From Marinicella sp. (GTDB lineage: Bacteria > Pseudomonadota > Gammaproteobacteria > Xanthomonadales > Marinicellaceae): a stretch of DNA of 64,000 bases. The notes below the pieces were generated by a model. The model ran no database searches and was not told where the DNA came from. It worked only from the letters and a program-made list of their open reading frames with translations. Below are positions 1 to 11,015 of this stretch, piece after piece. The DNA lies in the NCBI GenBank assembly GCA_965230295.1, contig OZ246001.1, positions 3,520,001-3,584,000 of the forward strand, given 5' to 3'. Numbering within the stretch: position 1 is the first letter of the stretch; each line of letters opens with the position of its first letter. The translations under genes were made by a program, and so were the position numbers.

Positions 1-1
1 T

Positions 2-349
2 AAGATCACCATCCTAGAGATTAAATCAAGCAAAATCACCGATGAAGCCAAGTTAAAAAACATCAATTATGAATTGGACCTGTTGACCAAAACCTGGATG
101 GAAACAGGATTGAGTAGTGGCAAAACGGATGAGCTGAAACAAGCCTTGAAAGCGGTGAATTTGAAACTATGGAAGATCGAAGATGACATCAGAATATTCG
201 AAAAGAACAAATCATTTGGTGATGAATTTGTGCAATTGGCTCGCAGTGTTTATTATCAAAATGATGACCGTGCTGCCATTAAAAAACAAATCAATGAATT
301 GACTGGATCGGACCTGGTTGAAGAAAAATCATATGAATCTTATGGTTAA
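2..349 (+). CDS. DUF6165-like small protein, 5'-truncated by the window edge
   Basis: The frame is open from base 2 (KITILEIKSSKITDEAKLKNINYEL) and continues into the tracked ORF, which has LWKIEDDIR, LARSVYYQNDDRAAIKKQIN and a GSDLVEEKSY end typical of this family. Confidence 0.75.
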   Translation, partial: KITILEIKSSKITDEAKLKNINYELDLLTKTWMETGLSSGKTDELKQALKAVNLKLWKIEDDIRIFEKNKSFGDEFVQLARSVYYQNDDRAAIKKQINELTGSDLVEEKSYESYG

Positions 350-416
350 ACAAATGTTTTGACAATTCGCACCTGACAAGCGATTATCTATTGACAAAAC
401 CAAGTAATATGTCCCA

Positions 417-1394
417 GTGACTGATATGGAAAACAGAACAACAGTAAGAAGCGAAAAAGAAATCATAGTGATGGGTTTAAGCCTCACTTATGCCATTTGT
501 GTGGGGATTTTTGCTGCCATCAGGTTGTTTAACCAAGAATGGGTTGTTGGTGTTCTAGATGTGGTTTTGGCATTGTTCGGACTGTATGTCTTCGTGGTGG
601 TCTGGCAAACCAGAAACACCACTTTCCCTGCCTATGCGATTGCCATCATTTCAGTGGTGGGAACCATTGCAACCATCATATTAAAAGGCGAAAACCAAAT
701 TTTTTGGGCTTATCCATCGGTGGCATTGATGTTTTACTTGTTGCCAACAAAACAAGCTTTGATTTTGTGGAGTATTGCAGCCGTTGTTATTCTTGGCCTG
801 TTGATTGATTTGCCAACCATTAAATTGGTTTCCATTGCGATGACATTGTTCATTACCAGTTTCTTTTGTCATCTGTTTTCCTCAAAAATGTACCAACAGC
901 ATGATCGACTGCGCAACATTGCCAATGAAGATGTGCTGACGAAAGTTAAAAACCGACGTGCATTTAACCAGGATACGGAACTATTAAAAGCCTCTGATAC
1001 AGTGGAATCAGCGATATTATTTGACTTGGATAACTTTAAAAAAATTAATGATTATTTTGGTCATGCCAAAGGCGATGAAGTTTTGAAACAAGCTTCACAA
1101 TTGGTCAAAGGCTGGATGCAGGTACCAGGTAACCTGTATCGCATCGGTGGTGATGAGTTTGCCATCCTTTGCCAAGGTCAGAATTTTAACCATGCTTATC
1201 AACTGGCCAGTCAAATCCACGAGTCATTCAATGCGAGTGAATTGCATGAACAACACGGTATTACCTTGTCAATGGCGGTCGCTCAAAAAGAATCAGATGA
1301 AAGCATCAGAGAGTGGCTGAGTCGCCTGGACTCTGCGTTGTATAAAGCCAAGAAATCAGGGCGCAATCAAATAGTCAAAGCGATCAGGTATTGA
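417..1394 (+). CDS. Membrane-bound GGDEF diguanylate cyclase
   Basis: About 5 hydrophobic segments, then D-x-LT, NRRAF, DLDNFKKINDYFGHAKGDEVL, RIGGDEF and ALYKAKKSGRN. No RxxD I-site. Alternative start at ATG 426. Confidence 0.93.
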   Translation: MTDMENRTTVRSEKEIIVMGLSLTYAICVGIFAAIRLFNQEWVVGVLDVVLALFGLYVFVVVWQTRNTTFPAYAIAIISVVGTIATIILKGENQIFWAYPSVALMFYLLPTKQALILWSIAAVVILGLLIDLPTIKLVSIAMTLFITSFFCHLFSSKMYQQHDRLRNIANEDVLTKVKNRRAFNQDTELLKASDTVESAILFDLDNFKKINDYFGHAKGDEVLKQASQLVKGWMQVPGNLYRIGGDEFAILCQGQNFNHAYQLASQIHESFNASELHEQHGITLSMAVAQKESDESIREWLSRLDSALYKAKKSGRNQIVKAIRY

Positions 1395-1513
1395 TTCATT
1401 GAACTGAATAAAGAAATGTCTTTGGTGGCTGATTATTTTGTTTAAATGACCCCTCTATCATATTTTGAGAATGGCTGATGTTACGCTTTTTGTTGTTATA
1501 AAATTAATTACTG

Positions 1514-4500
1514 ATGTCAAACTCAAATACACCAGGGATCAATTTATTTTTCAGTCATTCGGTAGAACGCTTAGCGGATTTGTTGAGCGACAAGATTCAC
1601 GCGCAACAAGCACAGGCTGGCTTGTTTAATGCTGTCAATGTGTTGGTGCCAAACAGCAACATGCAACGATATTTGCAGTTGCATGTTGCTGAACGCAAAG
1701 GTGTTTGTGCCCATGTGGAGTTTCCATTTCTAGAAACGGGTTTGTTTCAAATGACCCAGGTTATTACTGGTGAAGATCATGCACATTTGAATGGAACCCT
1801 TCTCAGTTGGAAAATTTGGGCATTTTTGAAACAACTGGATGATCAGGGAGTAGGTGTTTATGGACCTATACATGACTACATCAATTACACTGACTCCGAA
1901 GGCTTGATCGCCAGAAAACAATTCCAGCTCAGCCAAAAATTAGCCATGTTGTTATTGGACTATGAATCTCAAAGGCCTGAAATGGTCAGATCATGGCAAC
2001 ACAATCATTTGCTTTTTGAAAACAGCAATGATGGTTATTTGCAGCAATTAGAAGCGATGCAACAAAAATTGTATCAACAGATTGTGCAATCAGAAAACAA
2101 GCAAAAGACCTTGTTACAAATGGCAAATGATTTGCAACAAGCTACATGTAATGAAGCCCCTCCAGCCATCCATATATTCACGCCTTCAAGAATATCCCAA
2201 TTACACAGACAGTTGATGTTGCAATTGGCTGAATTCATGCCAGTTAACATCTATCAACTTAATGTGTGTATGGAATATTGGGAAGATATGCAAACGCCAG
2301 GTGAGCAACAATGGTATCAAAGCCAACTCACTCATATCGCAAGGCTTAAAGTTGAAACAACTGATGATGAAGGCCAACCTTACACGGATGAAAATACAAG
2401 CCAGGAACTGTTCTCGGAACTGTTATCTAACCCTGATGAGAATGAACTGCTTCAAGCATGGGGCAAGCCGGGCAGGGAAACACTCAAACTGTTCAGCGAA
2501 ATAGAACATGATGCAGCCCATTATTCTATTGCATTCAACGATCATTGGTTTGAATCTGAACACAATGAACAAGGTGTCTTACAAGCCATTCAGTCTCATA
2601 TCATCAATCGGGTTTCTGACACCGATGCAACCATCCAAGCCACACACCTCAACTCTTTACAGTTTGCGGTGGCCCCATCAATAATCAGAGAAGTTGAGGC
2701 CACTTACAACAGTATCTTGTGGAACTTAAAACAGAATCCCTCATTAAAGCTGAATGAAATTGCCGTGCTGGTTACAGATATGAGCAAGTATCGTTTTGTG
2801 CTTGAACAAGTTTTTGAGTCTTTCAATCACCAACACCAACATCAACTTAAATATGCAATCGTAGACAGCAATGCAGAAGTTGAAAGCCAGTATGCAGCGG
2901 CAGTCAATGGATTGTTTAAAGTTTTAGAGGATAACTTCATTCGCGCTTCACTGTTTGAATGGTTTGACAACCCTTGTGTTCAGGCGGCCAATCAATTTGA
3001 TCACAATGATTGGGGTCATTGGTTACAAGCGGTGGATAAATTGGGTATTTATTGTGGTTATGACAGTTTGTATGAGAGCGATGATGAAGTGAGTTCTCGG
3101 TTGTTTACCTGGCAGCAGGGCCTCGAAACCTTAAGACAGTCATTGGCTTTTGAAGGAACCGGGTCTGTAGCAGCGGCATTTTTAAGTGCTGAAAAGATTG
3201 GCCAATTAAGCGTCATGATTGAAAGTTTACACAGCTACCAACAGCGCTTACAAACCCCAAAGCAAGTGAACCAATGGGAACCACTGATCAATGACATGCT
3301 GGAAACATTAATCGTGGTATCAGATGACCACAACAAAGAGCAAGTGGTGCAAATGTCATTGCAGCATGGCTTGCAAAAACTGTCTTCCAGCCAACCTGAA
3401 TTGGTCCTCAACTACCAGGACATAAAACTTTTCATCCAACATCAATTACAAGCAATTCCTGCCAACAAGGGCAATTACCTGTCTGGCGGTGTGGTTTGTG
3501 CGGCACTACAACCGATGCGGCCAATACCATTCAAACTGACTTACATCCTAGGTATGGATGAAAAGTCATTTCCAGGTCAATTGAATCAGGAAACCTTGGA
3601 CTTAACCAACCGCAGCCGTCGCATAGGCGACATCAATGGAGTAGAAAATAACCAGTATTTATTTTTAGAAACCTTGATGTGCAGCCGTGAAAAGTTGTAC
3701 CTGTCATATGTTGGCATTGATCTCGTCAAGGATGAGGAGATCATGCCATCACCCGTGTACCTGACCCTGAAATCTTATTGTGATTCAACGGTTCATTTTG
3801 ATGTATTGCCTTTCAAGACTTACCCCATCCATCAGATTCCACTTAACAGCAATGATGATGCATGTTTTGATGTCCAATACCTAACTCACAGTGATTGGTT
3901 GGTTAATTTTTCTTATGGTGATTATTTGTTGAATCAAACTGAAAAGGGGGCTGTTGAATGGCCAGTACCACTGACTCCGGCCCAGCAACTTACCCATGAG
4001 GTTTTTCAAAAACAGCATAATGGCAAACCGCCAGAACATGAGGACTCTGATGGATGCGTGAAGACATTAATGACCGAGATCAATGGTGAGGCATTGGCTC
4101 AATATTTAACCAACCCTCAAATCGCCATACTGAGACAGTTGGGTATAGCAACAAAGCATGAAGATGATTTGTCTTTGGTTGATAAAGAACCCGTTAAATT
4201 ATTGCCTTTGGTAAAGCACCAAATATTTATCCAAGCCGTTAATGAATGGTTGTTACAACCTGCTACAGCTGACTTTAACGACTTAATAGCACAACAACAT
4301 CAAATCGAATTGAAACAATCAAAAGCGCCTGTGAGTTTGTTTGCTGGATTGAATCAGTTTTCTAAAACAGCAGACTTGCTAAAACGCAAGTTACAAACAA
4401 AGTTAATCGATAAAAGCTTTATTGGCGGGGTTCAAGTCGGTGATTCAGAAGTCGATGAGAAAGCAAAAATAAAAGTGGATGCCATTAAGCTTGACCTGGT

Positions 4501-5155
4501 TCTGGAACCGGGTTCTGATGACGTGGTAAAAATCAACAGTTTGGCCAATAACATATTTACTGATGGTGATCTACTCTCGGATATGGTGGTGGTCAGTACC
4601 AGCAGTAAAAACACCAAGTGGAACAGCAAATTATTATCGCCCTTTATTAATTGGTGTCTCTGGCAATTATCGCCAGAGATCAAATTGGCTGAAGAATTTC
4701 ATGTGCATATGGTGTTTCCCAATAAAATACACAGCACAGTATTGCGACCATGGTATGCCAATGACATCGGTTTTTCATCACAAAGCACCATCAGGCAATA
4801 CCTACAAAACCTGATCAGAAGCTATTCCAATGGTCAGGATGACTTTATTCCGGTTGAATTGGCCAGTCAGTTAAAAATACCCAGCAAACCACAGCAGCAA
4901 ATCAGGTTTCTGGGTACAAAGAGCACATCCAAAGACAATGTGTTCTTTGCTTATGATCAACTGACTGCAGACGACAAAGCCAAGCTGTTGGCTATTTATG
5001 CCGAGAAATTAGACTGGCCAGACTATCAGGAAGTTTTGAAAGCCATAACAATCAATCAGGCACCACAACCGTGGCTGTGGATAAGAACCTTTTTATTGCC
5101 GCTGTATGCCATGGTTGAGGGCAGGTTTGAAGGATCGGACGGTGATTTATCATGA
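1514..5155 (+). CDS. recC: Exodeoxyribonuclease V gamma subunit
   Basis: SHSVERLA, VLVPNSNMQRYL, NELLQAWGKPGRE, REVE, PMRPIPFK...LGMDEKSFP and YLFLETLMCSREKLYLSYVG. Overlaps recB (ATGA). Confidence 0.93.
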   Translation: MSNSNTPGINLFFSHSVERLADLLSDKIHAQQAQAGLFNAVNVLVPNSNMQRYLQLHVAERKGVCAHVEFPFLETGLFQMTQVITGEDHAHLNGTLLSWKIWAFLKQLDDQGVGVYGPIHDYINYTDSEGLIARKQFQLSQKLAMLLLDYESQRPEMVRSWQHNHLLFENSNDGYLQQLEAMQQKLYQQIVQSENKQKTLLQMANDLQQATCNEAPPAIHIFTPSRISQLHRQLMLQLAEFMPVNIYQLNVCMEYWEDMQTPGEQQWYQSQLTHIARLKVETTDDEGQPYTDENTSQELFSELLSNPDENELLQAWGKPGRETLKLFSEIEHDAAHYSIAFNDHWFESEHNEQGVLQAIQSHIINRVSDTDATIQATHLNSLQFAVAPSIIREVEATYNSILWNLKQNPSLKLNEIAVLVTDMSKYRFVLEQVFESFNHQHQHQLKYAIVDSNAEVESQYAAAVNGLFKVLEDNFIRASLFEWFDNPCVQAANQFDHNDWGHWLQAVDKLGIYCGYDSLYESDDEVSSRLFTWQQGLETLRQSLAFEGTGSVAAAFLSAEKIGQLSVMIESLHSYQQRLQTPKQVNQWEPLINDMLETLIVVSDDHNKEQVVQMSLQHGLQKLSSSQPELVLNYQDIKLFIQHQLQAIPANKGNYLSGGVVCAALQPMRPIPFKLTYILGMDEKSFPGQLNQETLDLTNRSRRIGDINGVENNQYLFLETLMCSREKLYLSYVGIDLVKDEEIMPSPVYLTLKSYCDSTVHFDVLPFKTYPIHQIPLNSNDDACFDVQYLTHSDWLVNFSYGDYLLNQTEKGAVEWPVPLTPAQQLTHEVFQKQHNGKPPEHEDSDGCVKTLMTEINGEALAQYLTNPQIAILRQLGIATKHEDDLSLVDKEPVKLLPLVKHQIFIQAVNEWLLQPATADFNDLIAQQHQIELKQSKAPVSLFAGLNQFSKTADLLKRKLQTKLIDKSFIGGVQVGDSEVDEKAKIKVDAIKLDLVLEPGSDDVVKINSLANNIFTDGDLLSDMVVVSTSSKNTKWNSKLLSPFINWCLWQLSPEIKLAEEFHVHMVFPNKIHSTVLRPWYANDIGFSSQSTIRQYLQNLIRSYSNGQDDFIPVELASQLKIPSKPQQQIRFLGTKSTSKDNVFFAYDQLTADDKAKLLAIYAEKLDWPDYQEVLKAITINQAPQPWLWIRTFLLPLYAMVEGRFEGSDGDLS

Positions 5156-8100
5156 ATGAGTTCATCACATTGACCGACCCTGGGCTGGTTGACTTAAATA
5201 ATCATGGTGTGATTGAAGCATCGGCTGGTACTGGTAAGACTTATACCCTGATTGAGTTGGTGATGCGAGCACTGAAAGAACAGCGACTTTCTATTGATGA
5301 AATTTTGCTGGTGACTTTCACTGAACCAGCCACTGGCGAATTGAAAAATCGCATCAGGGCTCGGATATTGGTCGAATTGAGTGACCCTGGCTTATCAGCA
5401 GATTTATCTGAACACCTACAAAAAGCACTGAGGCAACTGAACCAGGCGTCGGTTTTTACCATTCATGGTTTTTGTCACCGCACACTGAAAGAATATGCAT
5501 TTGAACAAAGTGCTGTGTTTGAATCGCTATTGGTCAATGACCACGACCTCAGGATACAAATACTGCACCAAATTAAGCGTGGCTGGCCTGCTGATGACGA
5601 ATTGGTGGGTCAATTGCGTGCTTATATCGGTGACAAGGATATCCACAGTGTGGATCAACTGATTTTGGATCTGGCCAAACAATTCAAACCTGGTATCAAT
5701 GATTTTTATCCATCTGGTGATGATTTAAGCAAAGCTTCAGTACTGCGACAATTTGTTTCGTTAAAAAACGTGGATATGCAAGTTTTGTTCAATGAATTTA
5801 ACGCTTTAAAAGGACTGCCCGAGGATGCAGAAGATAAATTGTGGTTGGGTATCATTGAACCCATTCTGGTTAGACTGATGAGGCTTATTTCAGAACAAAA
5901 CTTTGATGACGTTCATGATTACTTGAGTGAAATTTACCAAGGCAAAACCCATATACTCCCTCGGTTTTTCCCTCGAAAGCCTGCCGTCTATAATAATGAT
6001 CATAAAAACAGCTGTGCTTTAGAAAATAGAGAACTGGCTCCTGAACTGTTTGCTGTATGCAATCAAATAGACCGGTTAAATGAGGCAGTTGGCAGCGTTG
6101 TGTTGGCTCAGGAAGTTAAAATAATACCGATTCTGCTCAATCAGCTTAACGACAAAGTACGGCAACATAAATTGAATAATGGTCTCATCAGCTATGATGA
6201 CATGATTACACGACTTTGGGAGCAGATATCTGCAGAAGCTGAGCAAGTAGCGCGTCATTTAACCCACGCCATCAGGTCACGGTATCAAATGGTTTTGATC
6301 GACGAGTTCCAGGACACCGATTTAAAACAATGGCAAATATTTAAACAGTTGTTCTTGTGTGACAGCCATCAACTGATTGTCATAGGTGACCCCAAACAAG
6401 CGATTTACGGTTTCCGTGGTGCGGACCTCAACACATACCACATGGCAGTTAAAGAAATTCAATCAAGTTATGGTGGTCAGGCCTATCGATTGCACCACAA
6501 TTATCGCAGCACCAAGGCATTGGTTACTGCTTTGAATCAATTCTTTGCAAAGGATGAACAAGGCGGCTGGTTTGAGTCGTCAGAAGTGGCTGTTGAAGTA
6601 CCAGAATCGAACCTGAATTATTCACCACCAAAAGTGGTGGATCCTCCGCATTCATTGGCAGCCTTGAACCTGATCCAAGTGCAACATGACAAAGCAGTAG
6701 TTTTGAAAAAAAAATTGGCTGTAAAGATTGCACAAACCATTAAGTTTCAATTGCTCAATCAAGTGGAAGTCAGCTTCAAGGGAAATACCAAATTCATTGA
6801 ACCCGGTGATGTTTGTGTTCTGGTGCGAGGTAAAAATGATGCCGAATTTATTGAAGATGAATTACAAGCTTTGGGGATTCCATTCAGCTACCATAAAAAA
6901 CAAGACCTTTATCAGTCTGTGGAGGCCATACATTTTCAAATTCTGTTAACAGCATTGGCCGAACCAAGTCGTAAAAAACGCTTCAATAATCTATTGATCA
7001 GTTTGTTTTTTGATATTAAACCAAAGGATTTGCCGCATTTTGCACACAGTAATAGCAATCATATCAATAGGTTATGGTCTGAAGTTAAATTGGCATCTAA
7101 TCAAAAAGATTGGGTCAAAGTGTTTGATTTAATGCTGCATAACAGTGGTGCTTTGATCAGGCATCGGCACAACACCCGCAGACTGGCAAACATCAGACAG
7201 TTACAACAACAACTGTTGGATGAGGCCTTACAAAGCAATTGTGAAGCCAAAAGTTTGTTGAAGGTGTTCAGAAGTTGGCGCGAAAACAGTGCCAGTGAAG
7301 AGGCCTTACACCACAAAGACACTGAACAATCAGCCGTTAAAATCATGACCATGCACATCAGTAAGGGCCTGGAATATCCTGTGGTGTTTTTGATGGGCGG
7401 GTTGAATGCAAAAAATGAGCGTCCCAAATACCTTAAGTTTTACGACCAGGAACAACAAAAAACAGTTTTTGACCTGGTCGGAGCCCATCAAAAGGTATTT
7501 GATCAACAACAAATGGAGGAAAGCCAACAGCTGTATTATGTTGCCATGACCCGCGCCATCTTTATGCTGTTCCTGCCTGAAGTTGTGGGTGAGGGCGCGA
7601 ACAAGTTAAATGGCTTCTATGCAAAAACTGTGATGCCGAGGATCGCGCAATTGAATTTGCCTGTTCATGTGGTCAAAACTGACCAATCCATTCAACAGCC
7701 GCATCGGGCCAAGGTACTACAAAAACAGTTACTGCCTACTTTGCCGGATTTGAAGCATAACAGGAGCATCCATTTATACTCCTTTTCATCACTCAGTCGA
7801 ATCCAATCCAACCGACAAGAATCAGCAAGTGATTTGGTCACCACACATGCCACAGAATCACAGATGGCTGAAGAAATGAATTTGAATGAAACCCTTGAAA
7901 AAGCAGTGGCACAAGTGCCAGGCGGTGTTAAAACAGGTTTGGCACTGCATGGTATTTTTGAAAATGTCAGTTTCAAAGCAATCAGCCAACACCGTGACTT
8001 AGCTGCTTTGTATGCGGATGATCATATCATGAAGGTGGTTGATGAACAGATGCATTTGTTCAGGCTGGAAAATAAGCCCTTGTTGAACGAGCAAGGCGAG

Positions 8101-8625
8101 GTGTTCTCTGAATACCGGCATCAACTGGCGGCATGGGTTTGGCACACATTGAAGAAACCATTAACGGCCTTAAATGGGCAAACTTTGGGCAGCATTGCCC
8201 AGTCCCATCGCAGTCATGAGCTGTCATTCTTCTGGCATCAATCAAACACCAATTTAACCGGTTTTATTGATTTGTTTTTTGCCATAGAGGGTGTTGAGCA
8301 GACCGATTATTTCATTTTAGACTGGAAGAGTAATTTAAGTATCCATGGTTACTCCCCCCATGTCTTGGCGGATGAAGTGATGCAAAAACATCAATACAAC
8401 TGGCAGTATCAATTGTACGCATTGGCCATGCAGCGTTGGTTTGATTCTTTGGGGTTGAAAAACGCGCGATTGAAAGGAGCGTTGTATGTTTTTTCACGTG
8501 GAATGGATTGTTTTGAAGCGGCACAAAATGGCGTTTTCTTTGATGATTTTACTCGCAGTGATTGGCGCATTGACGAAATTGAAGCAGATCTGCTGAATTT
8601 TACTCAGTCAGGAATTGACTCATGA
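5152..8625 (+). CDS. recB: Exodeoxyribonuclease V beta subunit (SF1 helicase-nuclease)
   Basis: IEASAGTGKT, TIHGFC, IDEFQDTD, GDPKQAIYGFRGAD, TMHISKGLEYP, YVAMTRA and the nuclease motif GFIDL...DWKSN...YQLY. Confidence 0.96.
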   Translation: MNEFITLTDPGLVDLNNHGVIEASAGTGKTYTLIELVMRALKEQRLSIDEILLVTFTEPATGELKNRIRARILVELSDPGLSADLSEHLQKALRQLNQASVFTIHGFCHRTLKEYAFEQSAVFESLLVNDHDLRIQILHQIKRGWPADDELVGQLRAYIGDKDIHSVDQLILDLAKQFKPGINDFYPSGDDLSKASVLRQFVSLKNVDMQVLFNEFNALKGLPEDAEDKLWLGIIEPILVRLMRLISEQNFDDVHDYLSEIYQGKTHILPRFFPRKPAVYNNDHKNSCALENRELAPELFAVCNQIDRLNEAVGSVVLAQEVKIIPILLNQLNDKVRQHKLNNGLISYDDMITRLWEQISAEAEQVARHLTHAIRSRYQMVLIDEFQDTDLKQWQIFKQLFLCDSHQLIVIGDPKQAIYGFRGADLNTYHMAVKEIQSSYGGQAYRLHHNYRSTKALVTALNQFFAKDEQGGWFESSEVAVEVPESNLNYSPPKVVDPPHSLAALNLIQVQHDKAVVLKKKLAVKIAQTIKFQLLNQVEVSFKGNTKFIEPGDVCVLVRGKNDAEFIEDELQALGIPFSYHKKQDLYQSVEAIHFQILLTALAEPSRKKRFNNLLISLFFDIKPKDLPHFAHSNSNHINRLWSEVKLASNQKDWVKVFDLMLHNSGALIRHRHNTRRLANIRQLQQQLLDEALQSNCEAKSLLKVFRSWRENSASEEALHHKDTEQSAVKIMTMHISKGLEYPVVFLMGGLNAKNERPKYLKFYDQEQQKTVFDLVGAHQKVFDQQQMEESQQLYYVAMTRAIFMLFLPEVVGEGANKLNGFYAKTVMPRIAQLNLPVHVVKTDQSIQQPHRAKVLQKQLLPTLPDLKHNRSIHLYSFSSLSRIQSNRQESASDLVTTHATESQMAEEMNLNETLEKAVAQVPGGVKTGLALHGIFENVSFKAISQHRDLAALYADDHIMKVVDEQMHLFRLENKPLLNEQGEVFSEYRHQLAAWVWHTLKKPLTALNGQTLGSIAQSHRSHELSFFWHQSNTNLTGFIDLFFAIEGVEQTDYFILDWKSNLSIHGYSPHVLADEVMQKHQYNWQYQLYALAMQRWFDSLGLKNARLKGALYVFSRGMDCFEAAQNGVFFDDFTRSDWRIDEIEADLLNFTQSGIDS

Positions 8626-10607
8626 ACTTTCAAGTTAATGCACAGTTATTAAGCAAATGCTTCAAGGGGTTTACCGTTGATTTTCAACAGCTTGATGCCC
8701 AACTTGATTTAGATTCAGGGCATGTGCTGTTTATCAGGGATTGTTTGAATACTTGGCAAACCAAGGATGAATTGCTGTTATTGGTGCTGCTGTACATGAT
8801 TCACAGCATCAATCAAGGATCAATTTGCATGCTTGCAAATGGTGCTCAATTTGAGAACTATTTGCAACAGCATACCAGCAATACTTCAACAGACACATTG
8901 AAGATTTCTTGGGGTGATTTGAAGATAAACAATGAGCCTGTGGTTTGTGTGGATGGTCAAAGGTTGTACTTCAATAAGTATTGGCATGCCGAACGTCAGC
9001 TGGACTCAGCACTACAGAACTTGTTGGACCATTATTCAGGACTGCTTTTGTCCACACAGACTGTTCATGCGATCGCTTTAGAAGCATTGGATGAATTGAC
9101 TTTCGATGGCATCGAAAACAAACAGATTTTGGCCGTTGTGACTTCATTGCTACAACCCTTTAGCATCATTTCTGGTGGGCCAGGCACCGGCAAAACCACC
9201 ATCATGAGTTCAGTATTGCGTGGCTTATTGAAATCGGGTTATGCGGTATCTGATGTCGTCTTAGCTGCTCCAACGGGCCGCGCGGCTCAACGCATGACTG
9301 AATCCATGCATGATGTGATTCGCAATAATTTAAAGCAACTCAGTGATTTTGACCATGAATTACTGGCCACTGAAGCATCTACCATTCATCGCTTATTGGG
9401 CGCACACCCACACAAAGGTGGATTTCGATATGGGGCCCACCAACAGCTAAAGGCAAAAGTCGTGATCATTGACGAAGTTTCCATGGTTGATCTGATGTTA
9501 ATGAAACAATTGATACAGGCGATTCCTCAAGATTGTCGGGTTATATTATTGGGAGACCAATACCAATTACCATCTGTCAGTTCTGGGGCTGTGTTGGCAG
9601 ATTTATTGCCTCCATCAACCGAAAGTGGTGCCATCAGTCAAGCCATGATGCAGCAATTGACTGAAGTTTTATCAGGGTTCAGTGCCAACAAGGAGATTTT
9701 GGCAGGCTTGTCAGTCACACAGACAGCAAAAAAACTCACTGATAGGTACACCATTCTTGAGGTGTCTAAGCGCAGCAATCAGAAAATTTCGGCCATCAGT
9801 GAACGGGTTAAAGCAGGGCGGGCACAGGCAGTGTTTACAGCAAAAGAATGGCATAAGCTATCAGTATCGGATTTACAGTCAGGTGCATCGATTGATCGTG
9901 ACGGCGTATGTCACTTGCCTTTGTTCTCAGACCAACAACACTGGATTCAATATTGTTTGCAATGGGTGAAACATCAATACTTTGGTGGTAACCGTGCCTT
10001 TCAATCACAGATCAATGCGCTGAAACATTTCAAAGCCACTGACCTCAGTCATCACCATGAATCACTGGATGTTGTTTTTAAGGCCATCAACAGCAATCGA
10101 GTGCTTACATGGGTCAATGATTCTTGGGTGGGCAGCGATTTTCTTAATGAACAACTGTCTGCAATGATGCGTCATAGTCTTGATGTTAAGGGTTTTGGTC
10201 ATCAGTTTCATGGTGCGGTCATCATGATCAAACGCAATGATAACGAACTTAAATTGTTTAATGGAGATGTTGGTGTATTGCTTTTGGATGAGCATGAACA
10301 ATTACACTTGGTAGTCAAAAGCCATTCAAACTATCAGTTGCATCCCCATCACTTGATACCAGAGCATGTGGCAGCCTATGCGATGACCGTACATAAAAGC
10401 CAGGGTTCAGAGTTCGGGCATGTGTTGATGCCATTACCGCAAAACAATCAATATCGGTTGTTGAGCAGAGAAATTTTTTACACAGGGGTGACTCGTGCCA
10501 AACAATCGGTGCAGATTTATGGCAGTGAGGAGGTCATTCAAAAAGCCATCGAAACACAAAGCGTCAGACACAGCGGCTTGTCATTTTGGTACAATCAAAA
10601 CAATTAA
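8622..10607 (+). CDS. recD: Exodeoxyribonuclease V alpha subunit
   Basis: GGPGTGKTT, APTGRAA, TIHRLLG, IDEVSMVD, LGDQYQLPSV, NGDVG, TVHKSQGSEF and YTGVTRAK. Confidence 0.96.
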   Translation: MNFQVNAQLLSKCFKGFTVDFQQLDAQLDLDSGHVLFIRDCLNTWQTKDELLLLVLLYMIHSINQGSICMLANGAQFENYLQQHTSNTSTDTLKISWGDLKINNEPVVCVDGQRLYFNKYWHAERQLDSALQNLLDHYSGLLLSTQTVHAIALEALDELTFDGIENKQILAVVTSLLQPFSIISGGPGTGKTTIMSSVLRGLLKSGYAVSDVVLAAPTGRAAQRMTESMHDVIRNNLKQLSDFDHELLATEASTIHRLLGAHPHKGGFRYGAHQQLKAKVVIIDEVSMVDLMLMKQLIQAIPQDCRVILLGDQYQLPSVSSGAVLADLLPPSTESGAISQAMMQQLTEVLSGFSANKEILAGLSVTQTAKKLTDRYTILEVSKRSNQKISAISERVKAGRAQAVFTAKEWHKLSVSDLQSGASIDRDGVCHLPLFSDQQHWIQYCLQWVKHQYFGGNRAFQSQINALKHFKATDLSHHHESLDVVFKAINSNRVLTWVNDSWVGSDFLNEQLSAMMRHSLDVKGFGHQFHGAVIMIKRNDNELKLFNGDVGVLLLDEHEQLHLVVKSHSNYQLHPHHLIPEHVAAYAMTVHKSQGSEFGHVLMPLPQNNQYRLLSREIFYTGVTRAKQSVQIYGSEEVIQKAIETQSVRHSGLSFWYNQNN

Positions 10608-10621
10608 ACAGAGGTATAGTG

Positions 10622-10996
10622 ATGCAAAAAGTTCGTGGCGTGGGAGGTTTGTTTTTTATGTGCAAAGAACCTGAAAAACTGGCAGCCTGGTATAAAGAGC
10701 ATTTGGGGTTTGAATTGGACGGCGAGACTTATGGCATGTTTGATCCGAATCAGTGCCAACCATTAGATCGTACCGTATGGAGTACATTCAGTGAAGATTC
10801 GGATTACTTTAAGCCGTCTGATCAGACATTTATGTTTAATTTCATCGTTGATGATGTTGAGGCCATGCTGGCTCAAGTGGTCAAAGCTGGTGCCAGCCAG
10901 GCTGGAGACATCATGAAAGAGTCTTATGGTGATTTTGGCTGGTTTATCGACCCAGCTGGCTTTAAAGTTGAGCTGTGGAAACCCAAGTCATTTTAA
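10622..10996 (+). CDS. VOC/glyoxalase-bleomycin resistance family protein
   Basis: KVRGVGGLFF, LAAWYKEHLG, FMFNFIVDD and FIDPAGFKVELW. An AGAGG RBS precedes ATG 10622. Confidence 0.88.
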   Translation: MQKVRGVGGLFFMCKEPEKLAAWYKEHLGFELDGETYGMFDPNQCQPLDRTVWSTFSEDSDYFKPSDQTFMFNFIVDDVEAMLAQVVKAGASQAGDIMKESYGDFGWFIDPAGFKVELWKPKSF

Positions 10997-11015
10997 ACTT
11001 TAATCAAATAAAACC

